From assembly GCA_965223855.1 (NCBI GenBank), contig CBDCXM010000008.1, positions 64,001 to 128,000 on the forward strand: a stretch of 64,000 nucleotides of DNA. The letters are read 5' to 3'. Of this stretch, positions 39,211 to 49,570 are shown one piece after another. Position numbers and translations under genes: made by a program. The notes under the pieces are model-generated. The model made no database searches. It was not told where the DNA came from and was given only the letters and a program-made list of their open reading frames with translations. Position 1 is the stretch's first letter; each line of letters starts with the position of its first letter. The DNA is from Candidatus Multivoradales bacterium. Its GTDB lineage: Bacteria; Acidobacteriota; Thermoanaerobaculia; Multivoradales; JAHEKO01.

Positions 39211-40286
39211 GCGACCGTGACGTCGTCGCAGAGGAACACGTCCTGGATCGCGTTCAGCAGCTCGACACCCTCGGCCATCGGCCGCTGGAACGCCTTGCGA
39301 CCGGAGATGAGCCCGCACCCGCCGCCGCGCTTGTTCAGTACCGCCGTCCGGACCGCCGCGGCAAGATCGCCACGACCGCTCGAGGAACCGCCGGAGTTGA
39401 TGAGGCCGATCCGCCCCATGTAGCAATTCGCCACCTGCCAGCGCACCAGGTCTACCGGATGATCCGAGACGAGGGACTCGTACACGAGGTCGTGCGTCTT
39501 GCCGAAACCGATCGCAGGGTAGCCACCGTTCTTCGTCGGCAGCTTCTGCTTGACGATGTCGGCCTCGATCGTCACGCCGATGTGGTTCGCCTGGGCGGTG
39601 AGGTCGGCGGCGTCGTGGTAGTCGACACCGTCCTTCTTGAAGGCGGGATTGCGCAGGTAGCACCACAGAATCGTCGCAAGCCCCACCTCGTGAGCCCGTG
39701 CGAACGCCTCGGCGATCTCCTCGAGCTCGCGAGCGCAGTCCTCGCTGCCGAAGTAGATCGTCGCGCCCACCGCTGCCGCGCCGAGCTCCCACGCCTGCTC
39801 GACCTGGGCGAACAGGGTCTGTCGGTAGCGGTTCGGGTAAGTGAGGATCTCGTTGTGGTTGATCTTGACGACGAACGGGATCCTGTGTGCCCAGCGGCGC
39901 GACACGATGCCGAGGACCCCGAGCGTCGAGGCGACCGCGTTGCACCCTCCCTCGACCGCGAGCCGTACGATGTTCTCGGGATCGAAGTAGGCCGGGTTGG
40001 GAGCGAACGAGGCGGCGCCGGAGTGCTCGATCCCCTGATCGACCGGAAGGATGGACACGTAGCCCGTACCGGCGAGGCGGCCATGATCGCGAATCCTCGC
40101 CAGACTGACGAGCACCGGCGCTCCCCGGTCGGAGTCGCCGAAGACGCGCTCGAGATGATCCGGCCCGGGCGCATGCACCTGCTCGCGCGGGATCCCCTTG
40201 CAGGCATAGTCGAGAATCGTGCCGGCATCCTCTCCCAGCAGCTCGACGATACGGTCGATATTGGTCTCCACCTGTGCCACTCCCAT
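39207..40286 (-). CDS. fbaB: Class I fructose-bisphosphate aldolase (DhnA type)
   Basis: [18 protein letters not shown] and LISGRKAFQ. Confidence 0.95.
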   Translation of the reverse strand: MGVAQVETNIDRIVELLGEDAGTILDYACKGIPREQVHAPGPDHLERVFGDSDRGAPVLVSLARIRDHGRLAGTGYVSILPVDQGIEHSGAASFAPNPAYFDPENIVRLAVEGGCNAVASTLGVLGIVSRRWAHRIPFVVKINHNEILTYPNRYRQTLFAQVEQAWELGAAAVGATIYFGSEDCARELEEIAEAFARAHEVGLATILWCYLRNPAFKKDGVDYHDAADLTAQANHIGVTIEADIVKQKLPTKNGGYPAIGFGKTHDLVYESLVSDHPVDLVRWQVANCYMGRIGLINSGGSSSGRGDLAAAVRTAVLNKRGGGCGLISGRKAFQRPMAEGVELLNAIQDVFLCDDVTVA

Positions 40287-40314
40287 GTCGACTCCTCCTC
40301 GTTTCGCGCGGAGT

Positions 40315-41292
40315 CTACCCTGCCCCGTCGCGCCGATGCCCGGTCATCGCCTCGACGACGTCGGCGACCGGCCGGACGTCGTGCACGTCGCCCGCGCTCT
40401 TGCCGGCCTGCCAGTAGTCCTTCGAACCCGACTCGTCGAGCGAGGCGCGCTTGAGCTTCCACAGCGAGCCGAGAGCGTAGATCATCCGCATCCAGTGCTT
40501 GCGGCGGCGGCCTCGGAGCATCCAGCGCGCGAATCGCCCGGCCTCGAGCCCCATGCGCTCGATGTAGGGGGTCCGGATGACCGCCACCGGAACCCCGGTC
40601 AGCCGCTCACTGAGCACGATGTCCTCCTCGTCCGCCTCGACGATCGCCTGCTTGTAGGGCATGCCGGCCGTGCACTCGTCGGTGGCGATCAGCCGGGTCC
40701 CGATCTGGACGGCCGCGTAGCCGATCCCGAGCGCCTCCTCGAAGCGCTCGCGCGTGGCGACTCCCCCCGCGCAGACGACCGGTACGCCGAAACCCTCGAG
40801 CTCCCGGTAGAGCTCGGCCGGGCTCCGGTCGCCGGCATGCCCGCCGGCCCGGCGATTGACGGCGATCAGGCCATCCACTCCGCCGGCGATCCCCTTCTCC
40901 GCCCACCTGGGTGTCGTCACGTCGTGGTAGACGAGACCACCTTCGGCATGGACCCTTTCGCAAACCCACTTCGGGTTGCCGAGAGAGGTGATGAAGAAGC
41001 GAACCCCTTCCTCGAGCGCGATGTCGATCCACTCCGTCATCCGCTCGAAGTAGCGCTTCGACGACGCCTCGATCAGCGCATTCATGCCGATCGGTCGGTC
41101 GGTGAGGGTTCGCATGTAGCGAATCCCCTCGCGGAAGTCCCAGCGATGCACGAACGTCAGCGACACCGGCTGTAGAACGCCGATACCACCGGCTTCGGAG
41201 ACCGCCGCCACCAGCTCGGGATTGCTGCACGGATACATCGGGCCGCCGATCAGCGGAACGTCGATGCCGAGTCGTCGCGCGAAGTCGTTCAA
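40315..41292 (-). CDS. Nitronate monooxygenase / FabK-like flavoprotein
   Basis: [24 protein letters not shown] and [10 protein letters not shown]. Confidence 0.88.
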   Translation of the reverse strand: MNDFARRLGIDVPLIGGPMYPCSNPELVAAVSEAGGIGVLQPVSLTFVHRWDFREGIRYMRTLTDRPIGMNALIEASSKRYFERMTEWIDIALEEGVRFFITSLGNPKWVCERVHAEGGLVYHDVTTPRWAEKGIAGGVDGLIAVNRRAGGHAGDRSPAELYRELEGFGVPVVCAGGVATRERFEEALGIGYAAVQIGTRLIATDECTAGMPYKQAIVEADEEDIVLSERLTGVPVAVIRTPYIERMGLEAGRFARWMLRGRRRKHWMRMIYALGSLWKLKRASLDESGSKDYWQAGKSAGDVHDVRPVADVVEAMTGHRRDGAG

Positions 41293-41777
41293 CGCTCTTC
41301 CCTCGGGCTGAGCCGCCAGTGCGCGACAAGGCGGGCCACGACGTCCCCTGTAGCGTCACGAATCTCCGCCTCGACCTCGTGATCGGTCGTCCCGGCGATC
41401 TCCGGAGCCTCGACGCGACTTTCAGCGATCAGTCGCCCACGCGCCTTCTTGAGGTACTCGATCTCGAGGCGCGTGACGATGCCCCGCACTCCGCCGCCGA
41501 GACTCGCCATCATCGCCGTCCCACTCACCAGCTCGCCGAGGTTCGCCAGTGCGACCGCGTGGACGGAGGCGAGGTGATTGCGCACCTTCCGACGGTCTCG
41601 CAACGACACCCGGGCGTAGCCGGGAGCGAACTCCTCGAACACCGCCCCCACCGTTCCGGTATAAGGCGCGCCTCGACCTACGAGCCAACTGAACAGCCGG
41701 CGGCCGCCCGGCAGGCGGCTCAGTCGGTGCCACATCGCCAGGAGGCGTGCTCCGGGGGCTTCTTCACGTCGGGCCAT
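41289..41777 (-). CDS. Hotdog-fold thioesterase (DUF4442/PaaI-like)
   Basis: APYTGT, NHLASVHA.A..N.GE and IEYLKKARG. Confidence 0.82.
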   Translation of the reverse strand: MARREEAPGARLLAMWHRLSRLPGGRRLFSWLVGRGAPYTGTVGAVFEEFAPGYARVSLRDRRKVRNHLASVHAVALANLGELVSGTAMMASLGGGVRGIVTRLEIEYLKKARGRLIAESRVEAPEIAGTTDHEVEAEIRDATGDVVARLVAHWRLSPREER

Positions 41778-41945
41778 GTGTGCAATCCTCGGGTTTCTCC
41801 GTTCCTCGAGCGCTCGATCGAGCTTCCCGCTTCGCGTCTGCGAGGCGGCAGTGTACCCGGCCCCTCGGAAAGCGGGTGTCTCGATCGACGCGGCCCGAAG
41901 ACCGGCTACAATCCCGCCCGTCCCCTTCGATCAGAGGAGAATGCC

Positions 41946-44210
41946 CTGGCCAAGTCTCGTTTCGCCGCCCATCTGACCGGCGACAACCGACGGCTCGCAG
42001 AGCTGGCGGAAGCCGAGGGTGATCTGACCAAGGCAGCGCGCTACCGGGCTCGGGCCGGCCAGTTCTCGGAGGCTCTGAGACTCGCGGTTCGCGCCGGCAG
42101 TGCGGCACGGGCGATCCACTACGCCTTCAAGGCGGCGCTCGGAGAGGACTCGGCAGTCCCCAACGGAGCCACCGCACGACAGGCGGGCGATGTCCTGAGG
42201 GCCGCCGGACTGCTCGACGAGGCGCTGTTGGTGTTCGAACTCGGCTCGGCCTATGGGCCCGCCGCCGAGACGGCCACCAAGCTGCGCAGACCTCTCGAGG
42301 CCGCCGAGCTCTACGAGAAGGCGGGCGACTGGGCTCGGGCTGCGGTCTACTTCGAAGCAGAGGGCCGGTTGGCGGATGCGGTCAGGATGCTCGGTCTGCG
42401 CTCGAGGCAGCTCCAGCAGGAGATCGACGAACGGCGGCAGGCCGGTGCGATCCAGGAGAAGCGGGAGATCGACGATCGGCGCGCTACGCTCCTGTCGCAG
42501 TTGGGCCGTGGCAGCGAAGCCCGCCGGGCCATCGAGGGGCAGAGGGCCACGCCGCAGTCTGCCGAGCTGCATGAGCGGGCCGGTCGCTGGCAGGAGGCGT
42601 TCGAGGCTCATCTCGCGATGGGCGACGAGGAAGCGGCCGGCCGGCTCGCGTCTCGGGTGGAGAATCTGCCGCCGGCGCAACGGGCGGCGCTACTTGCCCG
42701 GGCGGGCCGCCACACCGAGGCGGCGGCGGCCCTGGCCGACGCCGGGCGCTTCGACGAGGCCGCGAGGCTGCTCGAGGAGCACAACCTCTGGTCGGAGTCC
42801 GCCCAGATTCGCGAGCGCGGTGAGGACTGGCGCGGAGCCGGCACAGCCCATCGACGCGCCGGAAACTTCGAAGCCGCCGCTCGCTGTTTCAAGCGCGCCG
42901 GCGAACCCGGTCTGGCTGCCGACGCCTATTCACGACTGGGCCGCCACAGCGACGCGGTCAGCCTCCACCTCCAGGCCGGGGACCTGGCGGCCGCAGCGCG
43001 CGCCTCCGAGCGCAACCACCATTTCGCGGAGGCGGCGCGCTACTACGTACAGGCGGGGGATCGGGAAGCTGCCATCGAGGCCCTCGGGAAGGTCTCCCCG
43101 GGCGCGGACGACTGGGTGGCATCGACGATGAAGCTCGTGCCGATGCTCCTCGAAGCGGGACGAGCCTCCCAGGCTCTGGACCGGGTGCGTCGGATCTCCG
43201 ACGACCCCCACGAGGTCGGCGAAGCCGCACTCGATCGCCTCTACTGGGAAGGACGGGCGCTCGAGGCGATGGACCGCGGAGCAGACGCCGCCGACGCCTA
43301 CACCCGACTGACACACCTGGATCCGGGACATCGGGACGCCGCCAGACGTCTCGAGCGATCCTCCCAACCGCCGCCGAGGGCGACCCTCGAGCGGGGCGGC
43401 CGGCTGGCGGATCGCTACCGCATCGAATCCGAGATCGGGCGCGGCGGTATGGGGCGCGTCTACCGGGCGATCGACGAGGAGCTCGACGAGCCGATCGCGC
43501 TCAAGGTGCTCCTGCACCTCGAACGGCAGGACTCCGAAGCCGAGTCACGACTGCTGCGGGAGGTGCAGATCTGTCGTCGCATCACCCACCCCAACATCGT
43601 GCGGGTCTTCGACCTCGGACGTTTCGACCGCGGTCTCTTCGTCACCATGGAACTCCTCGAGGGCACGGACCTCGCGACTCGGCTCGAGGACCGGGGGCCG
43701 CTGTCGCTCGCCGAGTGCCGCCGCATTCTCACCGACGTCCTCTCGGGCCTCGAAGAAGCGCACGCCCAGGGAGTGATCCATCGCGACCTCAAGCCCCACA
43801 ATCTCTTCCTCACCACCGAGCGGACGAAGATCCTCGACTTCGGGATCGCTCATGGCCGCAGCTTCGACACCAGACTCACCCGCACCGGACAGGCAGTCGG
43901 CACACCGGCCTATATGGCGCCCGAGCAACTGATGAGCCGGCAGATCGACGAGCGCACCGATCTCTACTCGCTTGGCGCGGTGCTCTACGAAATGCTCACC
44001 GGTCGTGGACCGTTCGAAGCTGACAACCCTACGGCACTCGCACTCGCCCACGTCCAGGAAGCACCCCGCAACGTTCGCGACGGACGGGAGGGACTGCCGG
44101 AGTCCTGGGGACGGTTCGTCCACCGGCTGCTGGCCAAGGAGCCCGAGCTCAGACTGCCTTCGGTCTCGCACGCGCTCAACGTCGTTCACGCCCTGCCGAC
44201 CGACGGCTGA
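41946..44210 (+). CDS. Soluble Ser/Thr kinase with N-terminal alpha-solenoid repeats and C-terminal kinase domain (probable CTG start)
   Basis: Repeats such as AAELYEKAGDWARAA; IGRGGMGRV, HRDLKPHN, DFG and APE; SD GAGGAG 6 nt before CTG. Confidence 0.85.
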   Translation: MAKSRFAAHLTGDNRRLAELAEAEGDLTKAARYRARAGQFSEALRLAVRAGSAARAIHYAFKAALGEDSAVPNGATARQAGDVLRAAGLLDEALLVFELGSAYGPAAETATKLRRPLEAAELYEKAGDWARAAVYFEAEGRLADAVRMLGLRSRQLQQEIDERRQAGAIQEKREIDDRRATLLSQLGRGSEARRAIEGQRATPQSAELHERAGRWQEAFEAHLAMGDEEAAGRLASRVENLPPAQRAALLARAGRHTEAAAALADAGRFDEAARLLEEHNLWSESAQIRERGEDWRGAGTAHRRAGNFEAAARCFKRAGEPGLAADAYSRLGRHSDAVSLHLQAGDLAAAARASERNHHFAEAARYYVQAGDREAAIEALGKVSPGADDWVASTMKLVPMLLEAGRASQALDRVRRISDDPHEVGEAALDRLYWEGRALEAMDRGADAADAYTRLTHLDPGHRDAARRLERSSQPPPRATLERGGRLADRYRIESEIGRGGMGRVYRAIDEELDEPIALKVLLHLERQDSEAESRLLREVQICRRITHPNIVRVFDLGRFDRGLFVTMELLEGTDLATRLEDRGPLSLAECRRILTDVLSGLEEAHAQGVIHRDLKPHNLFLTTERTKILDFGIAHGRSFDTRLTRTGQAVGTPAYMAPEQLMSRQIDERTDLYSLGAVLYEMLTGRGPFEADNPTALALAHVQEAPRNVRDGREGLPESWGRFVHRLLAKEPELRLPSVSHALNVVHALPTDG

Positions 44211-44284
44211 AGACCGGCGCGCCCCGGCGACCGACGGCGGAACCCGGCCCGCTCAGCCCTCGCGGCCGGCATGGCCGCGCAGGC

Positions 44285-45892
44285 TCAGTTGCCCAGATAG
44301 CCCAGACTTCGCAGGAGGTCGAGGTCTTCTTCGGAGAGATCGCGTGCGCCGGCCGCCAGCTGCCCCTCGATCAGCTTGCGCACTTCCTGGATGTCGCGTT
44401 GCAGCTTTCGGGCGGCGAACGGGGCCGGCCCCTCCTGCTTGTGGCTCAGGTCGTAGCGCTCCCACGGATCGGTCTCGAGGTTGAACGTCCCGCTCCCGGA
44501 TCCGTCCTGGTCGAGAGCCTTGTACGGCCAGCGGTAGGCAGCCACCGCCGAAAGCTTGTCGTGCTTCTGCGAAAAGCCGTGGGCAAACCAGGTGACGTCC
44601 CGCTCACACTCACCGTCGAAACAACGGACGAGAGACTCGCCCTCCGCCTCGGGCAGGTCGCGAATCCCCATCACGTCGAGCACCGTCGGGGCGATGTCGT
44701 GGGTCAGGGCGCGCGCCGCAGTCCTCACTCCGGCAGGGACTCCCGGCCCCTTCATCGCCCACAGGATCCGGAGTTGGTCTTCCCGGTTGAACCCGGCGTG
44801 ACCGACGGCCGAGCGAAAGCGATAGACCCCCTCACCGTGGTCGGATGCCAGGATCCAGAGAACAGGGCGGTCGTCGGCCTCGACCTCTTCGCGAAGCATC
44901 CCGAGATGCCGATCCACGAAGTCGACCTCGCGCTGGTAGTTGTCGACAACCTCCGAACGCGGCGGCTTGCGGAGGCCGCCGTCGAAGCTGACGGTCAGCG
45001 TTGCGGGCAAGTCCTCGGTACGGACGAGTTCCACTTCGAGCGGCCCGCCACCGAGACCCGCGTCCGGCCGCGGCAGCTGCTCCCACGACGCCACGTACTC
45101 GAGCAGCCGGTCGTTGCTGCGAAAGCGCACCCAGATCTCGGTGTCGGGATGGTCGTCGGCGGCTGGCTCCCGCAGCGACGTCCAGCGAACGGTATGACTG
45201 CCCGGAGACAGCGTCAGATCGACCGACTGTGTCTCCTTGTCGGTCAGCCGCACTCGAGCCACCTCCTCTCCATCGAGTTCCACCAGGGTGTCCGGTTCCC
45301 CGCCTTCGAGCCCGTACGGCTCGTGCGGATCGGACAGATGGACCCACAGAAAGTACGGCTCTTCACCGCGCTCTTCGATCCAGGGCCGGGCGGCGGCGAG
45401 CACCTCGTCCGCCCGCCGATAGAAGCGGGGCACCGCGTCGTAGCCGTCGTCGTAGACCTCGAAGCCGCGATCGAGCCGGTACTCGCTGCGCAAGGTCGCC
45501 AGCGACACGAACGCCCCCGTCCGGTAGCCGAACTCACCCAGGATCTGCGGCAGAGTGCGCACGCCGTCGGGGACCTTCTCCCCGTTGAGAAGAACCCCGG
45601 CACCCAACGGCGTGCGACCCGAGAGCAGGCTCGTGTGAGCCGGGAGCGTCATCGGCACCGTCGTGCGTGCCTGCTCGAACAGCACCCCTTCGGCGGCAAA
45701 CCGCTCGAGCTCCGGGGTCCCGTCGACATCCGGGTTGAAGAGGCCGGTGTGCAGCAGATGCAGAGTGTCGAGCGTGACCAGAACGACGCGCGGGAAACGA
45801 TCGAGAGTCCGCGCACGGGCGCCGGGCCCGGTCCACCACCAGGCGAAGGCGACTGCCAGCAATGCGGCGATGGCGACCAGGAGCTTCTTCAC
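44285..45892 (-). CDS. Sulfatase-like (alkaline phosphatase superfamily) membrane-anchored protein
   Basis: TLDTL, TLPAH in place of CxPxR, DPH, SDHGE and C-terminal LRSLGY. Confidence 0.8.
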   Translation of the reverse strand: MKKLLVAIAALLAVAFAWWWTGPGARARTLDRFPRVVLVTLDTLHLLHTGLFNPDVDGTPELERFAAEGVLFEQARTTVPMTLPAHTSLLSGRTPLGAGVLLNGEKVPDGVRTLPQILGEFGYRTGAFVSLATLRSEYRLDRGFEVYDDGYDAVPRFYRRADEVLAAARPWIEERGEEPYFLWVHLSDPHEPYGLEGGEPDTLVELDGEEVARVRLTDKETQSVDLTLSPGSHTVRWTSLREPAADDHPDTEIWVRFRSNDRLLEYVASWEQLPRPDAGLGGGPLEVELVRTEDLPATLTVSFDGGLRKPPRSEVVDNYQREVDFVDRHLGMLREEVEADDRPVLWILASDHGEGVYRFRSAVGHAGFNREDQLRILWAMKGPGVPAGVRTAARALTHDIAPTVLDVMGIRDLPEAEGESLVRCFDGECERDVTWFAHGFSQKHDKLSAVAAYRWPYKALDQDGSGSGTFNLETDPWERYDLSHKQEGPAPFAARKLQRDIQEVRKLIEGQLAAGARDLSEEDLDLLRSLGYLGN

Positions 45893-45931
45893 GGCGCGGC
45901 GATCCTAACCCGCCCCTTCGAGGCGGGTCCG

Positions 45932-45962
45932 AAAAAAAACGGCGGTCTCGCGACCGCCGTTT
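45932..45962 (-). terminator. Rho-independent terminator of the upstream secreted-protein gene
   Basis: Stem ACGGCGGTC/GACCGCCGT with 4-nt loop, followed by T8 on the minus strand. Confidence 0.85.
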
Positions 45963-45994
45963 CGAAGTCGATGCGACTCCTCGATCATCTCCCG

Positions 45995-47485
45995 TCAGGG
46001 GAGGGTCGAGGACCACGCCGAGGTGTCGCCACTCTCGAATCCGTCCTCGAAGATATCCGGACCGGGAGTCGTCCCGCCGAAGGGCACGTCGAGCGTGCCG
46101 CTGTCGCGGAACGTCTTGAGCGTGTGAGTGGCGGAATCCGGGGCGACGTCCGAGTCGAACCAGAAGGAGTACATCGTTCCCCAGCGCAGTGCGTTGGTGT
46201 CGTCCCCTGCATCGGCGGCGTCCCACGAAACCGTCCCCGCTCCCATGTCCACGGTCGGAGTCCAGTCGGAGGTGTCGTACGGCTCACCCGAGTGATGGGC
46301 GATGTCGCTGAAGCCGACGTTGGTGATCGACGCCGGGCCACCGAAATCGATCAGGAAGCCGTCGGCTGACGTGTGCGAGTTGATGTTGTGGATCGCGTAC
46401 TCGTAGTGGTACGTCGTACCGCCGCCCTCGGAGAGCACCTCCGTCACCCTGCGGGCGGCGTTGAAGCGCTCCGTCACCGTGTAGTCGGGGTAGAAGTTGC
46501 CCGGGGGCACCGGTGACTTCGCCTCTTCTCCCGTGTACATCGTGTCCTTGTCGGCGAACACGATCTCGACCTGGGGATCCTCCTCCTGCCAGGCGAAGAT
46601 CGCCGGCAGCTCCCGTACCGTCGAGTTGGTGAAGCTGAGATTCAGGCCCGGCATGCTGCCGACACTGATCGGGCGGTAGCTGGCGTTGTTGAGCCCGTTG
46701 TTCGCCCTCGCGTCGTCGCGAACGACGTACTGGCCCTCACCCCAGTACTTGGCGCCGGCATTCTGCGCCGGATCGATGTCCGACTCGGCGACGACGACAC
46801 GCTGGTCGTAGGCGTCATTCGTCTCTCCACCGGCGGGATTCGCCGCGTGCTCGCCGCCCGCGGCATGGACGTCGGAACGCCGGCCGAGCGGCCGGGAACC
46901 GTTGAGGCCCGCCCAGTAGAAGTCGACGCAGCCGAGACCGAGCTGGTCGCCGCCCGCCGGAGGCTGGACGCAGGAGCTGTTCGGCGTGCCGTTGTCGTTC
47001 CACATGCAGGCTGACGCCGAACTGTTGGTCGAGACGAAACCGTGCTTGAGGAAGCTCGCACCGATCTGCTGGAAGCGGCCGTCCTTGAGCCTGTAGAGGT
47101 TCTGCGCGATCACCGGATGGTCATCGACCGACGCGGGAGCGATCGGATGCCAGCTGGAGGTGGTGGTGCGGCAGCTCGAGGTCTGATCGCACCAGTCCGA
47201 AGGATAGGAACCGACGCCGCACGACTCGGTGCCGAAGGCGTAGCCGCGGCAGTCCTCGCTGCCGTTGCCGTAGCCGGCCGGGCAACTCGTGCCGCCCCCC
47301 GAGGTGTAGTTGTCGATCCCCGACAGGTCGAAGACGGTCACGTCAGGGCCGGTCGAGAGACCTTCCAGGCGCTGCGCGTACGCCTCGGCGACGCGTTCCT
47401 CCTCGGAGCGGAAGTCCTGTGCCGCAACGCCGGTGGCAGCGAGCAGGAGGCAGAGGGAGAGGGCTGTCCAACAGATCTGCTTCAT
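45995..47485 (-). CDS. Secreted Cys-rich hypothetical protein with C-terminal DIFEDGFESGDTSAWS motif
   Basis: Signal peptide; strong GC3 codon bias; core HPVIAQNLYRLKDGRFQQIG..FLKHGF. Confidence 0.8.
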   Translation of the reverse strand: MKQICWTALSLCLLLAATGVAAQDFRSEEERVAEAYAQRLEGLSTGPDVTVFDLSGIDNYTSGGGTSCPAGYGNGSEDCRGYAFGTESCGVGSYPSDWCDQTSSCRTTTSSWHPIAPASVDDHPVIAQNLYRLKDGRFQQIGASFLKHGFVSTNSSASACMWNDNGTPNSSCVQPPAGGDQLGLGCVDFYWAGLNGSRPLGRRSDVHAAGGEHAANPAGGETNDAYDQRVVVAESDIDPAQNAGAKYWGEGQYVVRDDARANNGLNNASYRPISVGSMPGLNLSFTNSTVRELPAIFAWQEEDPQVEIVFADKDTMYTGEEAKSPVPPGNFYPDYTVTERFNAARRVTEVLSEGGGTTYHYEYAIHNINSHTSADGFLIDFGGPASITNVGFSDIAHHSGEPYDTSDWTPTVDMGAGTVSWDAADAGDDTNALRWGTMYSFWFDSDVAPDSATHTLKTFRDSGTLDVPFGGTTPGPDIFEDGFESGDTSAWSSTLP

Positions 47486-47585
47486 CGAGTGTCTCCGTTC
47501 TAGAGGGGTGGCAGCGCCGTGGCTTGACTCTGATTGCCGGGCGGTACGATCTTGCGGAGCGCCAGTATACAGCAGGCGCGCCGCC

Positions 47586-49559
47586 TCAGTTGCCCGAGGA
47601 TTCGGCCTCGCGCCGGACGGCCGCGAGCCGCTCTTCGACCGGCGGCCAGCCCGGCCTCATCTCGGCAGCGGCGCGGAGCTGTTGCTCTGCACCGCGCCAC
47701 CTGCCCAGCATGCTGAGTACGTCCGCGAAGCGAACTCGGGTCTCGGCGTCGCGCGGATTGATCTCGACGGCTCTCTCGTAGGCGGCGGCGCTCTCTTCGA
47801 GATCGCCCGCCGCGGCGAGAGTGCCCGCCAGGTTCTCGAGCGCGGGGAGGTGCCGCGGATCGAGGTCGAGCGTCGCCCGGAAGCCGGCGATCGCAGCATC
47901 GAGGTCCCCCTCCAGCGCCGAGACCAGGCCGAGATGGTAGAGGACCGCGGGCGAATCGCCGAAGTCGACACGCTGGCGCTGGAAGGCCCTCCTCGCTCCG
48001 GCCAGATCGCCTTCGCTGACGGCCACCACGCCGAGGTTCGTCCACGCGCGGCTCTCATGAGGGTCGGCCGCAGCGGCCTTCTCGAACCGATCGCGCGCGG
48101 AGATGCCGTCGCCCGCCTCGAAGGCGTAGCGGCCGAGAAGCAGGTGCATTCGCGCCGCAAGTTCGTCGGTCTCGATCGCCGCGAGCGCGAGCCTGCGGGC
48201 CGCCTCCTCCCGCCCGACGAGCGCGTTGAGGGCCGCCGCGCGGGCCGTCGCACCGCGCGAAGCCATCAGGCCGATCTCGGCCGCACGCGCGTAGGCCTGA
48301 GCACCCTCGGCCGCACGCTGCCGCAGGGCGGCCGGTAGCGGCGCCGGGGAGGCGGTGAGATCGAAGACAGCCCCCTGATACGCCGCCGTCGCCCTGACCG
48401 CCTGCTCGCCGCGCCACTCGCTCCAGCGGACGACCGCGCTGTGCCCCCAGATCACAGTGAGCGCCGCAACCAGCGCCAGGAACACCCAACCCGAAAGCTG
48501 CACCACGCCCTTGCGCTTGAGCGGCCAGCTCTTGAGGGTCACGTCGCGCCGCTTCCACAGCCTCCAGGCGATCAGCATCCAGGCGCCGACCAGGCCCGCG
48601 ATCCCGAGCGCCAGGAGGAACGGCACCATGCCGTAGAGACCATGCACCACGAGGAAGGCCGCCAGAGCGCTGCCCCCTGCGACAAGTTCCTCGCCCAGGG
48701 TCAGCGAGTAGCGAGCGAGAACGCGACCGCGCTCCGTGCCGCGGGCGGCGAATGGCAGTCGCCCCACCCCGTAGTAGAGCGCGTCGTTGGGGCAGACGCT
48801 CACGCAATCGAGACACTTCATGCAGCCGCTGTCGACCACCATGCCGAAGTCCCGCACCTCCTCGTGAACCCGGACGTTGGAGGTACACACTGCCGTGCAG
48901 TGGCCGCAGCCCTCGCAGGCGTCGGTCACCCGGATCCTCAGGGGCGCTACCTTCTCCGCCGCCGAGAAGAGCGCGCCGTACGGGCAGGCATAGGTGCAGA
49001 AGCCCTTGGCGCCGAGAAAGTAGACCGTGGCGACGCCGCAGATGAGAAACGTCAGGCCGCCCACGACCCAGCCGGGGAACGTCGCCCAGAATTCTCCGGT
49101 CGTGAACTCCGTCGCGGTGACGGCGAGCGAGTCGGTGGCCAGGTAGCGCCGCACCGCCGGCCAGACGAAGGCGTAGAGGCAGGCGATCCACGGCACCCAT
49201 GCCAGGAGCCGCGAGCGGATCAGCGTCGGCCGCCGCCCGAAGCGGGCGAGCAGACTGCGAGCTCCGTCCTGGAGCGCGACGAGGTGGCAGGCCCAGCCGC
49301 AGAAGAAACGGCCGAAGACCGCCGTCACGAGGATCATCGCCGCGAAGAAGACGAGACCGGTGTTGACGATCCCCGAGTTTGCGAACGCGGCCGCCTCCGA
49401 GGGCTCGACCGGGGTGACGGTCCGCCCGCTGACCAGCCAGTGGGTGATGTGCGCGGCGATCGCCAGGTGCACGAGAACCAGCACGGCGGCTCTGCGAGGC
49501 GCCGACTTCGACCGCCTGATGGTGCGCCCGGGCTCCGACGGCAGGACGTTGAGCGGCAT
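47586..49559 (-). CDS. Polytopic 4Fe-4S membrane protein (NapH/MauN/RdxA-like) fused to a TPR domain
   Basis: FFCGWAC, FCTYACP and two CxxCxxCxxxC motifs; multiple TM helices; C-terminal TPRs. Confidence 0.85.
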   Translation of the reverse strand: MPLNVLPSEPGRTIRRSKSAPRRAAVLVLVHLAIAAHITHWLVSGRTVTPVEPSEAAAFANSGIVNTGLVFFAAMILVTAVFGRFFCGWACHLVALQDGARSLLARFGRRPTLIRSRLLAWVPWIACLYAFVWPAVRRYLATDSLAVTATEFTTGEFWATFPGWVVGGLTFLICGVATVYFLGAKGFCTYACPYGALFSAAEKVAPLRIRVTDACEGCGHCTAVCTSNVRVHEEVRDFGMVVDSGCMKCLDCVSVCPNDALYYGVGRLPFAARGTERGRVLARYSLTLGEELVAGGSALAAFLVVHGLYGMVPFLLALGIAGLVGAWMLIAWRLWKRRDVTLKSWPLKRKGVVQLSGWVFLALVAALTVIWGHSAVVRWSEWRGEQAVRATAAYQGAVFDLTASPAPLPAALRQRAAEGAQAYARAAEIGLMASRGATARAAALNALVGREEAARRLALAAIETDELAARMHLLLGRYAFEAGDGISARDRFEKAAAADPHESRAWTNLGVVAVSEGDLAGARRAFQRQRVDFGDSPAVLYHLGLVSALEGDLDAAIAGFRATLDLDPRHLPALENLAGTLAAAGDLEESAAAYERAVEINPRDAETRVRFADVLSMLGRWRGAEQQLRAAAEMRPGWPPVEERLAAVRREAESSGN

Positions 49560-49570
49560 CGACGGTCCCG

